A stretch of DNA of 64,000 nucleotides from Camelus ferus (Eukaryota): the NCBI RefSeq assembly GCF_009834535.1, contig NC_045696.1, positions 119,662,001 through 119,726,000 on the forward strand, written 5' to 3'. Shown here one piece after another: positions 1-12,428 of the stretch. The translations under genes and the position numbers were made by a program. The notes under the pieces are model-generated. The model saw nothing but the letters and a program-made list of their open reading frames with translations, was not told the DNA's origin and did no database searches. Each line of letters opens with the position of its first letter. Within the stretch, counting starts at the first letter, position 1.

Positions 1-244
1 CTGACGGGTGGGTGGCAGTGACAAGCTAGTGTCGGGGAAGCCCAGCCTCCAGCCTGTGTTGCTGAGCAGTTTCCTTGCAGTAGTTTTGTTTCTTTCAAGA
101 TGCACAAGAGAAGCCACAGCTGGTCAGGCTTTGAACAAAGTGAGATTGAACTGATGGCTTGCTTTTAGTTGGTCAGCTGTCAGTAGAGTGTTCTGGTGAG
201 GAGTCTGAGCGTGGAAGCAGTTTCCTCTTCTTCAAGAACAGTGC

Positions 245-421
245 ATGCTGAACTCCACAAGAATTTTGCAGAGTAGAACAGATGTGTCGAGGGCTTTATA
301 CAGGGCCTACCACAGAATGACAATCTCTCCTGAGAAGCCGCTCTCTGCACGTGGTTGCTCTGGGCCCTGCCGTGTTAGTAAATGTGGCTCCTCCAGCTGC
401 TCTGGCTTGATCGGTACACAG
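245..421 (+). CDS. Candidate alternative ANKRD28 exon (alternative first coding exon, or in-frame cassette 242-421), MLNSTRILQ...SGLIGTQ
   Basis: A 59-codon open frame ends at the consensus donor CAG|GTGAGC in phase 0, matching the phase-0 exon at 4078. No transcript evidence is available. Confidence 0.45.
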
Positions 422-471
422 GTGAGCGACTAACCAAAGTGCCCCAGCCCCAAAGTGGGTAGCAATCACTG

Positions 472-475
<4 letters not shown>

Positions 476-526
<51 letters not shown>
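476..526. repeat. (TC)n microsatellite
   Basis: Perfect TC dinucleotide run. Confidence 0.97.
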
Positions 527-533
<7 letters not shown>

Positions 534-1718
534 CTTCTGATGTGTATAGTTTTCCCATCTCTCAGGATAGTCAATTAAAAGAGCTAAAGCTATTTTTTGG
601 CTTGCTTTTATTTGGGGAGGGTGAATAATTTTTTGCAGTCCTAATCATATGCACAAAATATCTTTTCAGAGTACCACATAAGAATGGTAAGAATAATGTG
701 TATACTTCAGTGAATATGATCAAAAGCTGTGTGATCAAATGAGTTAAGTTTTCTGAGTCTGTTGTATGTACTTAATAATTCTAGTTGGGGTTGTTTTGGA
801 ATACTCTGTGGAGGTGTAATGGTTTCTTTAAAAACTGACTTAATACCTAAGAAATATTTTCTTTTTTTTTAATGGGCACCTGGATTTGTGAAATGCCTGG
901 TATGGGGAATTACTGCAGTGTTTTCAGCTGATTGAAATGTTATCTTTATGTTTTTTTATTTTACTTTTGGAAACATGTGGGATCTGATCCTGTCAACCCC
1001 TGGTAGATAGTGTCATAATCGGGTAGAGTTGTAGGACCACCAGCAGGTGTTGGAGCATTGCTTGATGTGTTGGGGGGAAACCCACACATGGGAATTGGAT
1101 TCAGAACCCTTGCATAGTATTGCACTGTGTGTGTGTGTGTGTGTACAACTCGAAGACCTCTCATCTGCACACTTTCATAACTGGTAATTGATAAGCTAAT
1201 TGAAGTCTGACAGGGGGAAGCATCTAAAACAATCTTTAAGCATTTTGCTGTAACAGTGTGTATTTACCAGCCATTTTGGGGGGGAATTGGGCCAGGGCTT
1301 TTCCCCCGACAGCGCGAAGTCCCCTGACGGGAGTGCAGTGTTACCTTCCTCGCAGGGACCGTTAGTCTTACCCAGGAAACAGAATATTGGTTCATCATGC
1401 AAGTCAGTTAAATGAAGGTTGGTTAAGAGCTGCTTGTGTTTCATAATTTTAGATAAGCATTCCCTTACTGGTGAGTATTTAAATTGTTTCCAGCATTTTG
1501 ATTTAAGTATCTATAAATGGGTATTTGATACCTTTATCGAAAAAAAAAAAAAAAAGAAATTCTTTGAGGTGAAATTCATGTGTATACAGGGATATTCATT
1601 TTTTCATTCTAATAAATTTTTCTAAAGGGAATCTTAAATGTTTTATCGAATGATTTTCAATATTTAATTGTAGTAGAGTAGGATAGGTAGAATTTTTCTT
1701 TTAAAATTAACCAGTTTG

Positions 1719-1955
1719 CTGGGATTTCAAAATTTGTAGATACTCCCAGGTATACACAGAATAGATAAAGAAGATTATACTGTGTAGCACAGGGAAATAT
1801 ATACAAGATCTTATGGTAGCTCACAGCGAAAAAAAAATGTGACAATGAATATATGTATGTTCATGTATAACTGAAAAATTGTGCTCTACACTGGAATTTG
1901 ACACAACATTGTAAAATGACTATAACTCAATAAAAAATGTTAAAAAAATTAAATT
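1719..1955 (+). mobile_element. Young 5'-truncated L1 3' end (camelid type) with 15-bp TSD
   Basis: L1 3'UTR text (tgtagcacagggaaatat...gacacaacattgtaaaatgactataactcaataaaa). TSD aaattaaccagtttg 1704-1718 and aaattaaccaatttg 1956-1970; TTTT/AAAA target site. Confidence 0.88.
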
Positions 1956-4077
1956 AAATTAACCAATTTGTTCCTTAGTTTTTCCTCTCTACAAATCAGG
2001 TGAAAGGAATAAAAAGTTCCTGAGTCATATGAAGTACATTAATAGAATTCAAGACACTGAGTCACAGAATTTCAGACAATCTCACACAGATATGACTTGC
2101 TCTCCGTGTGTACTGTGTACTGTGTGTGTGTGGTTTATCCTGTGGAATGTGTGTGTTTCTCAGTTTGAGTGGGTCTGACGATACTTAAACATTGTAGGGA
2201 AGTTCAATGTGTTAATGATTAACACTGAAAAACTTTAAGCCAAGGATTCTTTTATTAAATCGACTAAGTTAGGACTCAGCTTTGAGTAAGCCTGATATTT
2301 TAGTAGTTCTGTGTTAGCTTTTTCAGTGACTCTTTGTTCAGTCATGTCTGTGCAAACCATTTGTTTATTGGGGTTTATATTGGAATAAAAAACATGGTCA
2401 TGTGGAAGTTAATTGGGGTTAGAGAGACAAGAGCTCTTAGCTGACTTTAAAAAACATTAATAACCATCATACCAGCCTCCCTTTATTTTTGCACCTGTTA
2501 CTATTATAAGGACAAAAACAGTACCATGAATACATTTAAATTATATGTAGAGCCAGTGATAATTACATGATACACACATCTTTATAAAACCTTTATATAC
2601 TACAGCTGAACATTTTTGTGATTGCCTATGAATATTTTTAACCCCTCTTTTGACTAGCAGATTTTTTTCCTAATTTATTCTCATTGGCCTGACTATTCTT
2701 TCTTAGCACAATTGGGATATTGCCCAACTAGAAAATTATTATGATGTGAAATTTTTCTTTTTTTTTAATCTTGAAAGCTATAATATTATCATAATACAAC
2801 ACAGTATCTATTTAAATAAAATTCTTATTTCTCTTATTTGTCTAGAAGTTAGTGCCCCAAGTTGGTGGGGCAGCTCTGCTCTACAGAATCAGTCAGTATC
2901 TTTTGCTTAACTGTCTTGTAGGGTATCGGCCTTCCTCTGCATGGTCAGAGCTGGCGCAGCTTCACATCTGCCTTCCAGCCGGTGGGACGTGCTAAAATAA
3001 AGCTTTAGTCTAGCTATAGGATGGTTATCTTTTAGGTTGAAGGTGACCTGAAAGTTGTGCCTTTACTTCCACGTCCATGCTAAGTAACAGAATTTCAAGG
3101 CATGCTAGGAGTCTGTTCTCTCCCTGGGTGGGTAAATAACCAGGTAAAAATTTATTCCTGTGGACAAAGGGGAAAACGGATAATGGAAAACAACTAACAG
3201 TCTGGCTCAAAAGCCAGTATGCAAAAAAACTGGATATAAATTTCAAAATAAGTATTTTTAAATGAATAACTTTCTAAGATGCAGCCAAGTCAGCAACACT
3301 GTTGTAACCTTAGATGAGCTATAAACGTGAATTGAATCCCTGAATGCAACATCACTCTGAGATCTTGCTTTTCAAATTGAAGGACGTTGTTTCAGGGAGG
3401 GAAGTACACAAAGCCATGAAGTTAGATGTAGCTTCTCCTCCTGAAGGAAGATTTGGAAGACTAAGTTTTTTGGTGGGTTTTTTTTTTTTTTTTTTGATAC
3501 TTACAAAGATAGGAATATATTTTAGTGCCAAAAATGGAATTGGCAGAAACTTTAGGAAAAACCTTAAAGTTGTTTTAAGGGATGATTCCAAATCCCCGGA
3601 GATATTTTCTATTTTTGCCACTATGGGTACTTCTGTGGAAATATTTTGATGAGCAAACTTTCTGGTTTGTTAAGGTTTATTTTGTTTAGTTAGATCAACA
3701 ATTCTAAACTATATAAAATTGTGGGAATACATTGAGGGGGTAGTGGGCAAGTAGTATGAAGTGAAGGAAGTTTGCCTTTATATATCAGCAGCATAGGCTT
3801 CTTTATTTAGAGAAAGTCTAAGAAGCTGTTTCTTTGTCATCATAGATTTTTCTTTTATTCTTTGCTGCATTTTATACCATTCTTTTAAGGCCAAAAACAT
3901 TTTTTTTTAGGCTTTTCTTCTTATAGCAAGGAAATACTCTGTTAGTGGGACTTGCAGACTAGACTGGAATTATGCAGGTAGTAAGCTGGTAGTTAAATGA
4001 TGGTTTCTCTTCATTTAAAGTATATTAAAATTAACTTTATATTGAAATTTATGTTCCACCTTTCCTTCTTATCACAG

Positions 4078-4156
4078 GACAATGAAAAGAGAACTCCACT
4101 GCATGCTGCTGCCTATCTTGGAGATGCAGAAATCATTGAATTGCTTATTTTATCTG
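4078..4156 (+). CDS. ANKRD28: ANKRD28 exon [26 protein letters not shown](G)
   Basis: cacag|GAC ... TCTG|gtatgg; 79 nt. Confidence 0.96.
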
Positions 4157-4457
4157 GTATGGTAAACTCTGTATAGAGCACATCATGCATATTTTGTCAT
4201 AATTAATATTTATCAAACCTGATTGACTATTTCTTCATATTTGTTTAACAACCTGAAACTTGATTGTTCATTCTAGAAGTACTGACCTCGTCTCAGGTCC
4301 CAGGTACATTCTGGGGCTTAAGTACATTAGAAAACAAATCGCTGCCCACGTAGGGCATACACTCTAAAAAGATAAGTAGGCTGAAAATACAAGTAAATTT
4401 TACGGCAAGTTAGAAGGAGATAAGTGCTATGGAAAAATGAAAAAGTAGACCAGAATA

Positions 4458-4778
4458 AGTTGGCCCTCTGTATCTGTGGGTTCAACAGATCAAAATATTG
4501 GGAAAAACATTCCAGAATGTTCCAAAAGGCAAAATTTGAATTTGCCATGAACTAGTGACTGTTCACATAACATTACATTGTACTTTACAGCTATTTACAT
4601 AGCTTTTACATTGAGTTAGGTATTATAAGTGGCCTAATGAGCATTTGAAGTATACAAGAGAATGTGCATTGATTTTATGCAAATACTGTACCATTTTATA
4701 TGAGACCTGAGCATCTGTGGATTTCGATGTCCACAGAGGGTGGTGGAACCAGTCCCCTCGGATGCTGAGGGACAGCTA
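4458..4778 (-). mobile_element. MER2/MER2B-like Tigger (Tc1-mariner) non-autonomous element nested in an L2 relic
   Basis: Degenerate TIRs (aagttggccctctgtatc ... gatgctgagggacagcta) with TA on both sides (4456-57, 4779-80). The body resembles the recalled MER2 consensus and the flanks are L2-like. Confidence 0.8.
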
Positions 4779-5661
4779 TAATGGGGTGGGATGAGCATTA
4801 TATAGGGCTGGGTATTGCACAGAGTTGTCATACAAGGCCTCATTAACCACAGAGTTACTAGGAGACGATCACAGTTCTCCGAGGGGGAGGTGGTGGTGGC
4901 GGCTTGGAGCCAGAACAGCAGTGGAGGGGCTAAGAAATGGTATGATTGTAGATATATTTTGAAAGTGATGCCAGCAAGACTTATGTCTTTAAAAGGCTTG
5001 TATCTAATTCTCTTTGAGGGCATATAAAATATATTTTAGGAAATTGTACTTTTATTTTTAAATTTCTTCTCAACTGTTTAAGACTCCACAATATGAAGTA
5101 ATGGTAAAACTGTCTCTTAGAGAGTAGCTCCTATTGTGGTCAGACTGCCTGCAGTCCTAAAACAGGCAATCAGAGAGCTTAGAAACATTTCTCTTGTACC
5201 CAGATTATCATAGAGGATATTTATTAGGAAAAGATGCACGCGTCTGAGTTGTGCTTGTGTTACCAGATGGCACAGATAGATACAGAGTGCAAGTGGAGAA
5301 GTAGCATCATTCCTTTGATATTTGGGAGAAGGAGCACTGAGGAAAATTTTGAGTGAAAATCCTATTAAATAGTAGCCTGAATAGAATTTTGCCATTGTGA
5401 ATTAATAAAAATTTTTCAAATATAATTTTTATAATAAATTGCATGACTATATAGAGTTATAGTTAAATATGGATCAAGCTAATAAGCTTATATTAGTTTC
5501 TTTATGAATAACTCCGTCACTGATGTGCTTCATGGAAAATGTCAGTTCTGTGGATGCTAGCTCGCTTGTTTTCAGCTGAAATTGATCAGAGGTAAGAACT
5601 GAGGAGGTTCAAGGGAAAAATAGTATTTCCTCTTCATTGAGGCATATTCTGCTTTAATGAT

Positions 5662-8280
5662 AAGCCCAGGGCCAGGTGACTTCATAGGTAAATTCTACCG
5701 AACATTTAGAAAAGAGTTGATACCTATACTTCTCAAACTGTTCTAAAAAATTGAAGAGGAAAGAATGTTTCCAAACTCATTCTAAAAGGCCAGGATTACC
5801 CTGTTACCAAAACCAGAAAAAGACACTACCAAAAAAGAAAATTATACTCCAGTTTTCCTGATGAACATAGATGCAAAAATATTTGCTAACAAAATATTAG
5901 CAAGCTGAATTCAGCAATACATTAGAAGGATCATAATGCCATGATCAAGTGTGATTTATTCCAAGGATGCTTCAACTTCCACAAATGAGTCAGTGTGATA
6001 CACTCCTTAACAAAATGAAGCTAAAAATCATAAGATCATCTCAGTAGATGCAGAAAAAGCATTTGACAACATTCAACACCCATTTGTGGTTAAAAGAAAA
6101 AAACTTTCAAGAAAGTAAGTATAGAGGGAACATACCTCAGCATAATAAAGCCCCATGTGACAAGCCCACAGCTAACATCGTATCCAAAGCCAAAAAGCTG
6201 AAAGCTTTTCCTCTAAAATCAGGAGCACGGTGAGAATGCCCATTCTTACCACTTTTTCAACATAGGAAAAAGTCCTACCCATGGCAGTTAGGAAAGAAAA
6301 AGAAATTAAAAGTGTTCAAATTGTGGAAAGGAAGAAGTAAACTGTCTCTGTTGGCAGATGACATGATATACATAGAAAACTGCAGAGACTCCATCCAAAA
6401 CCTGTTAGAAAACCAATTCAGTAAAGTTGCAGGCTCCAAAATCAACATACAAAAATTTGTTGTGCTTGTAGATACTAATAACAAACTATCAGAAAGAGAA
6501 ATTTAAACAGTTCCATTTATAACTACATCAAAAAGAGTAAAATACCTAGGAACAGCTTTAACCAAGAAAGTGAAAGCTCTGTACAGTGGAAACTAATAGA
6601 CATTGATGAAAGGAAGTAAAGAAGGCACAAAGAAATGGAAAGATACCCTGTGCTTGTGGATTGGAAGAATTAATATTGTTAAAATATCCACACTGCCCAA
6701 AGCAATCCACAGATTCAGTGCGGTCCCCATCAAATTCCATTGGCATTTTTCACAGAAGTAAAAAAAAAATCCTAAAATATGTATGGAACCCCAAAGGCCC
6801 AAATGGCCAAAGCAGTCTTAAGAAAGAACAGCAAAGGTGCAGGTGTCATGCTTCCTTTCAGTTATATTACAGAGCTATAGTAGTTGAAACAGTAAAGTAT
6901 TGGCATAAAAACAGACACGTAGATCCATGGGGCAAAAAGCCCAGAAACAAACTCGTTCATTTTATGGTCAGCTAATTTACGACAAAGGACCAAGAACATA
7001 CAATAGGGAAAGGACTGTCTCTTCAATAAGTGGTGCTGGGAAAACTGGACCTCTGTCTTACCCCTACACAAGCATCAACTCAAAATGGGTTAAAGACTTG
7101 AACATAAGACCAGAAATCATAAGACTCATAGAAGGAAAAAACAAGGGGTAAGCTCTTGTGCATTAGTCTTGGCGATGATATTTTAGATTTGACACCAGAA
7201 GCAAAGGAAACAAAGGCAGATATAACCAAGCGGGACTACATCAAACCAAAAGCTTCTGCATGGCAAAGGAAACCAACAAAATGAAAGGGCAGCCTACAGA
7301 ATGGGAGAAAACAATTTGCAAATTTATTTGCAATACATTTACAAAGTTGATATCCACAATATATAAAGAACTCATACAGCTCAATAGCAAAAAAAAACCA
7401 GACAAACCAATCTGATTAAAGGTCAGGCAGAAGGGCTCCATTTTTCCAAAGAAAACATAGTTATGGCCAAAACGTACATGATAAGGTGCTTAGCATTGCT
7501 GATCATCAGGGAAGTGCAGAGCAAAAACCACAAGGAGATATCACCTTACGCTTGTTAGAATGTCTGTCATAAAAAAGACTGGCAATAGGAAGTATTGGCA
7601 AAGATGTGGAGAAAAGGGAATTCCTTGTGCTGGGAATATAAATTGGTACAGCCATCACGGAAAAAAGTATGGAGGTTCCTCAAAAAATTGAAAATGAAGC
7701 AGCCGTATGATCCAGTGCTTCCACTTCTGTGTGTACATCCAGAGGAAGCAAAATGACCATCTCAAAAAGATACGTGCACTCCCACATTCATTGCAGCATC
7801 ATTCACAACAGCCAAGACATGGAAACAACCTAAATGTCAACGGATAAATAAAGATGATGTGGTAAATGCATACAGTGGAGTATCATTTGGCCATTAAAAA
7901 AAGAAGCAAATCCTGCCATTGGCAACAACATGGATCGACCTTGAGGGCATTATGCTAAATGAAATAAGTCAGACAGAGGCAAATAATTCATGGTCTCACT
8001 TATATGTGGAATCTACGAAAACCAAATTCATAGAATAGATTGGTGGTTGCCAGGGGTGCCGGTAAGGTAGTGGGGAACTGAATAAAAGTGGTCAGAAGGT
8101 ACAAACTTCTAACTGTAAGATAGTTCTGAGGGTGTAATGTACAGAATGGTGAGTATAGTTAATACTGTACTGTATATTTGAAAGTTACTAAGAGAGTAGA
8201 TCTTAAAAGTTCTCATCACAAGAAAAAAAATTAACTGTGAGATGATGGATGTTAACTAAACTTATTGTGGTAATTATTTC

Positions 8281-8341
<61 letters not shown>

Positions 8342-8421
8342 ATCAAATCATTATGTTGTACACCTTAAACTAATATAATGTTATACGTCAATTATATAAT
8401 AAAACTGGGGGAAAAAATAAA
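5662..8421 (+). mobile_element. Degenerate 5'-truncated L1 (ORF2 RT/C-terminal remnants plus 3'UTR, L1MA9-like), sense to the gene
   Basis: Fragmented ORFs show L1 ORF2 motifs (LSLLADDMIYIEN, KVAGSKINIQK, YWHKNRHVDPW). It has a typical L1 3' end with AATAAA at 8398 and many frameshifts. Confidence 0.95.
8281..8340. repeat. (TG)(TA)n(TG)n compound microsatellite inside the L1 3'UTR
   Basis: Seen directly. Confidence 0.95.
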
Positions 8422-9685
8422 CATCACCCAGAATGGTAGTCTTCAAATGGTATATGCAGACTCTTAAGGGTATATAGTGGTATTTCATGGGTTCTGCTTA
8501 AATTTGGTTTGAGGGCCATGGTTGTTGAGGCCCAATTATACACTGATTTACATAACTCCTTACTCCAAACAGCCATATAGTTGTATTGAATGGGTTTATA
8601 ACTTAGTAAGTTATAAACTAGAATTGAAACTAGATGTTTGACCTGATCAATTCCCTAGATAAAGAAGAGAATTAAGTACATGAAGGGAAAAGTAGGCAAC
8701 AAAATGAGGCTGATCTGCTCATAGTTAATAATGAAAACTGTTAGTGTAAAGTTTAGGGTAGGCTCCTGTTCCCCTTCGTGTTGATTACTGGTGACGTGTT
8801 ACAGTAGTAGTTGGGTTAACCGTACCTAGTGTGATCGGAAGAAAATCAAGCAGTGTGAAATAATCCCTGTTTAGCCCTTGCTTTACATAAAAGTCATGGT
8901 ATGCTTCAATAAGAACACACAATAAAGTAAATTACTGTAATTTTATATTATAAAAACTACTTGGGTATCCATGGCAAGGTTATTTGTTTGTAAAATCTCT
9001 CTCTAAAATGAAAAGTGAAGAATATAAAAAAGTCAGTAGTTCCTTAGAGCCATGTACTCCCTTGTTCATGCTTCAGGTTCTGATTGTTTTCTGATTTACT
9101 ATTATGAGAAGTTAGGAAGTAATATTTAATTTCACTTTCGTGTTTTCATTGTCAAGAATGATGACTTTAATTATGACTTTGTGTAATCGTTATTCCCACT
9201 GTTTTTTCACACACACACCACACCCCGCTTGTCTTTACACATGGCTTTTCTGTTCCCAGGTTTTAATTTTTCTGTGTCTTGGTTGCATAGACACATCATG
9301 TAGTTTTTCTTTCTGTATTTTCTGTATGAGCTCATGGACGATATTCCCTGCTATCTTATTTATTTGAGACTGTTGCCTTCTTTTAATAATTGAAGGGTAG
9401 ATTAGCTAGTTATAAAATTCTCAATTTATGTTTTTTCCTGTCAACTTTATAGGTATTACTCCACTGTCTTCTAGCACTGAGTGAAAGTCTTGTATCGAGC
9501 TCTTATGTGCTTACCATTCCGTCCCCCAGCACACTCCACTCCTAGTCAGTTCTCCTCTGCCTTCATGCCTGCAGGATTCAGTTCTTTATCCCTGAAATTC
9601 ATACTGACTTTCCTAGGCTAACTTTGTTGATTAGAGTGTAATTTTGTCTTTGCATTTAGGTTAGGCTGCTTCCTTTTACTTATCC

Positions 9686-10200
9686 TTCATTCTGTCAACA
9701 AATATTAAATAAGCATGTCTGCATAGCCGGTGTTATCTAGGTGCTGTGGGTAGAGCAGTGAATGAAATCAGTGAAGTCCCAGCCTTTGTGGAGCTTCTGT
9801 TCTAATGGGGAGATAGTAACAGGCTGATGGATAGTTTGTTTTGTGGTGATAATTGCTATGAAAAAATTAAAGGAATAGTAAGTATGTTGGGTGGGGGTCA
9901 GTTGCTATTTTATATTGGGTTACCAGGAAAAAATTCAGTGACATTCGAGGAGATAATTGAAGGAAGTAAGGAGGCGAGCCTTGCATATGGTGCAGATATT
10001 TAGTGGAAACTGAGAGGAGAGCAGGAGCAGACGCCAGGAGGTGTAGCATGCTTGGAAGCAAGTGAAAAAAAGTCGAAGGAGATAAAGCAGAGGTGGGGAG
10101 TTTCCAGGTGAAGACTTGCTTTGGCCCCTAAAGAGATGTGGAAAACCAGTGGTGAGTTTTGGGGTGGGGGACATAGGGTGACCTAGGTTTCTGAAGAGTC
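9686..10200 (-). mobile_element. L2 LINE 3' fragment
   Basis: ttcattctgtcaacaaatatt...ctaggtgctgtgggtagagcagtgaatgaaa...gtggagcttctgttctaatgggg resembles the L2 3' end. Confidence 0.7.
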
Positions 10201-10206
10201 ACTCTG

Positions 10207-10299
10207 GCGGGGGAGGGGGTGGCTCGGTGGTGGAGCGCATGCTTAGCACGCACGAGGTCCTGGGTCCGATCCCCAGCACCTCCATTAACAACAACAACA
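10207..10299 (+). mobile_element. tRNA-derived SINE (Vic-1-like, camelid)
   Basis: A/B-box tRNA-like head and (AAC)n tail. Imperfect TSD aagagtcactctg 10194-10206 and aagatgcactctg 10300-10312. Confidence 0.85.
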
Positions 10300-11429
10300 A
10301 AGATGCACTCTGCCTGTGGCTTCAGATTCTTGACTGCCTTTTAAGACTGTCCTGCTTTTTTGTTGTTTCTAGGATTTTATCTGTAACTGCTGTATTTCCC
10401 TTTTCTCTTTCCTGAGCCCCGCCAGCTCTCATCTCTTTGTGTTGGCTTACCTCTTTCTTGGAGCTCTTCTTTGACATCTCTGTTCAGCTTAATTTCTCTG
10501 AAGTTGTGTATAAACAACGGTTCACAAATTCATCCTCTCCTTTCCTGGGGTAATTTCTTTCAGATACATGTACCTATTAACTCAGTTTACTGTGCTTTCT
10601 TTCGTGTATTTCTGCTCTAGTCCTGTGCTGAATCCCTCACAATTCTTAACACATCATTGAGGAATCTGTTTCCTTCCAGGGCAGCTGTTCACTGAAGAAC
10701 AGAGCGGGTGGGGCAAGGCACGAGCATCACACCCGTCCATGTCTGCACGTGGCTCTCAGGCCAGGTTTGTTTTCTGTCCATCCCAGTGGCATCGCTCCCT
10801 TAGTCTCCACATCCTGCAGAGCTGGGGTGGCCCGGCAGCTCCTTGCATCTCAGGTTCTTAGGCAGTGACTCAATGGTGATGGGCTCCAGCCCTCCCTCTC
10901 CAGCAGCTCGGTCCCCCCTGTAGCACAGTCTCACCTTGTTCTGTGTTATGAAGGGAGCTTCTCCTGTGGATGACTTGTAAGATCATCTGAAGATCTCTTG
11001 GATGGGGAGGCCAGGCACACAGGCATACTCTTTTAGACAACTCGGTAGCCTTCCCAGGACCCGGGAAAGCTTCATTCAGCATCCTTCATTTTGGTACAGA
11101 TTTCACTGTATCTGTTAGACATTCATAGTTTGATTAGTGGTTGTAACTGTTTTCTTGTATTGAAGATGGCATTCCTTCACAATCTTTTTTATATTTTGAT
11201 GTGCTTTTCTTTTTTTAAGGGTGAAACTACTTATTCCCTCTAACCTAAGCTAAATTCATTAGAAATCAAATATTTATACATGGTGTATCTTCAAGATTTA
11301 TGGATGAGGCATATAACTTTTGACATGTAGTATGTAATCAAACAAGTGACTCCTTCCACAGAATCTATAGCAACACCGGAGTCTGGTAGAATTAGTTTAC
11401 AGTTATTATTGAACGAGGCAAAATACTAG

Positions 11430-11640
11430 AGCAGTGAGTGCTTGCTGTGTCTCAGGTGTTGTGTTAAATTTACTTTCATTTATGATCCCATTTTGTCCTC
11501 TTAACTCAGTGAAGGTATATTATTATAGACCAAGGAAATGAAAGCATTTAGAGATGAAGGTTGTACTGCTCAGAAAAGCTAGAGCCAGCATGCAGACCCC
11601 GGCTGTGTGACTACAGAGTTCCGTGTTTCTAACCCTGCTG
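11430..11640 (-). mobile_element. MIR SINE relic
   Basis: gagtgcttgctgtgtctcagg...gaaatgaaagcatttagagatgaagg...ggctgtgtgactacagag; boundaries approximate. Confidence 0.55.
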
Positions 11641-12024
11641 TGGTCTGAGCCCCTCTGCCCCCACTATGGTCTACCCGCTCCGCCACCCCACCCCACACCT
11701 ACTTAGCATTTAGTAACAGTTGTGTAGGCAGTGACTTTTGTTAAAGAACTTCTGTTTTAAGGACTAGATTTTTCTGGCTACCTACGTATGGATACTTTTA
11801 TGGGAGCTATCCATTTAATGTTTGTATTTAAAACTACAGATTTACCAGTACCTCAGGCTGTTTCCAGCATGTGTTGGGTAGTGAAAAACGGTGTTGTGTG
11901 TTAGTCAGAAATCCATTTGATTGGCCTTTTTCAGCAAATTAAGTTCTTAATAAGGAAATATGAATGTTTCTGGTTTTAAGAATTGGACCTAAGGTATGTG
12001 ACCCTTGAAAGCCTCCAGTGCTGA

Positions 12025-12428
12025 TGTGTTAGTTTGCTGGGGATGCCAACAAGTTAGCACACGTTGAGTGACTTAAGCCACAGAATTTTTTTTTCTCACA
12101 GTTCTGGAGGCCAGAGTCCAAGGTCAAGGTGTTGGCAGGGTCAGTTGCTCCTGAGAGCTGTGGGAGAAGGAGCTGTTCTAGGATTTTCTCCTTGGCTTGT
12201 AAGTGACCACCTTCTCCTTATATCTTTCATCTGTTCATGTCAGTGTCCAAATTTCTTCTGTTCTTAAAGATCCAGTTGTACTGGATTCGGGCCCACCCTA
12301 AAAAATCCTCATTTCAATTTAGTTACCTCTGTGAAGATCTTATCTCCAAATAAGGTTGCATTTTGAGGTGCTGGGGTTAGGACTTCAACATATGAATTTG
12401 ATGGTGCGGACACAGTTCAGTCCCAGCA
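12025..12428 (-). mobile_element. MLT1 (MaLR) solo LTR
   Basis: TG...CA ends; hallmark text tctcacagttctggaggccagagtccaaggtcaaggtgttggcaggg ... ggggttaggacttcaacatatgaattt. Confidence 0.85.

Noticed and set aside
296..574. RE-repeat and GE-rich ORFs (also 14097-14279 and 22268-22546)
   Set aside because: They are translations of CT microsatellites or low-complexity tracts.
1070..1325. Cluster of NF-kB-like motifs (ggggaaaccc, gggcttttcc)
   Set aside because: None fully matches GGGRNNYYCC, so they cannot be separated from chance.
6048..7441. L1 ORF2-like ORFs as an active reverse transcriptase or novel RT system
   Set aside because: They are broken by many stops and frameshifts, with no ORF1 or 5'UTR; this is a dead L1.
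10207..10285. tRNA-like sequences here and at 29757-29830 as real tRNA genes
   Set aside because: A-rich tails, TSDs and degenerate stems identify them as SINEs.
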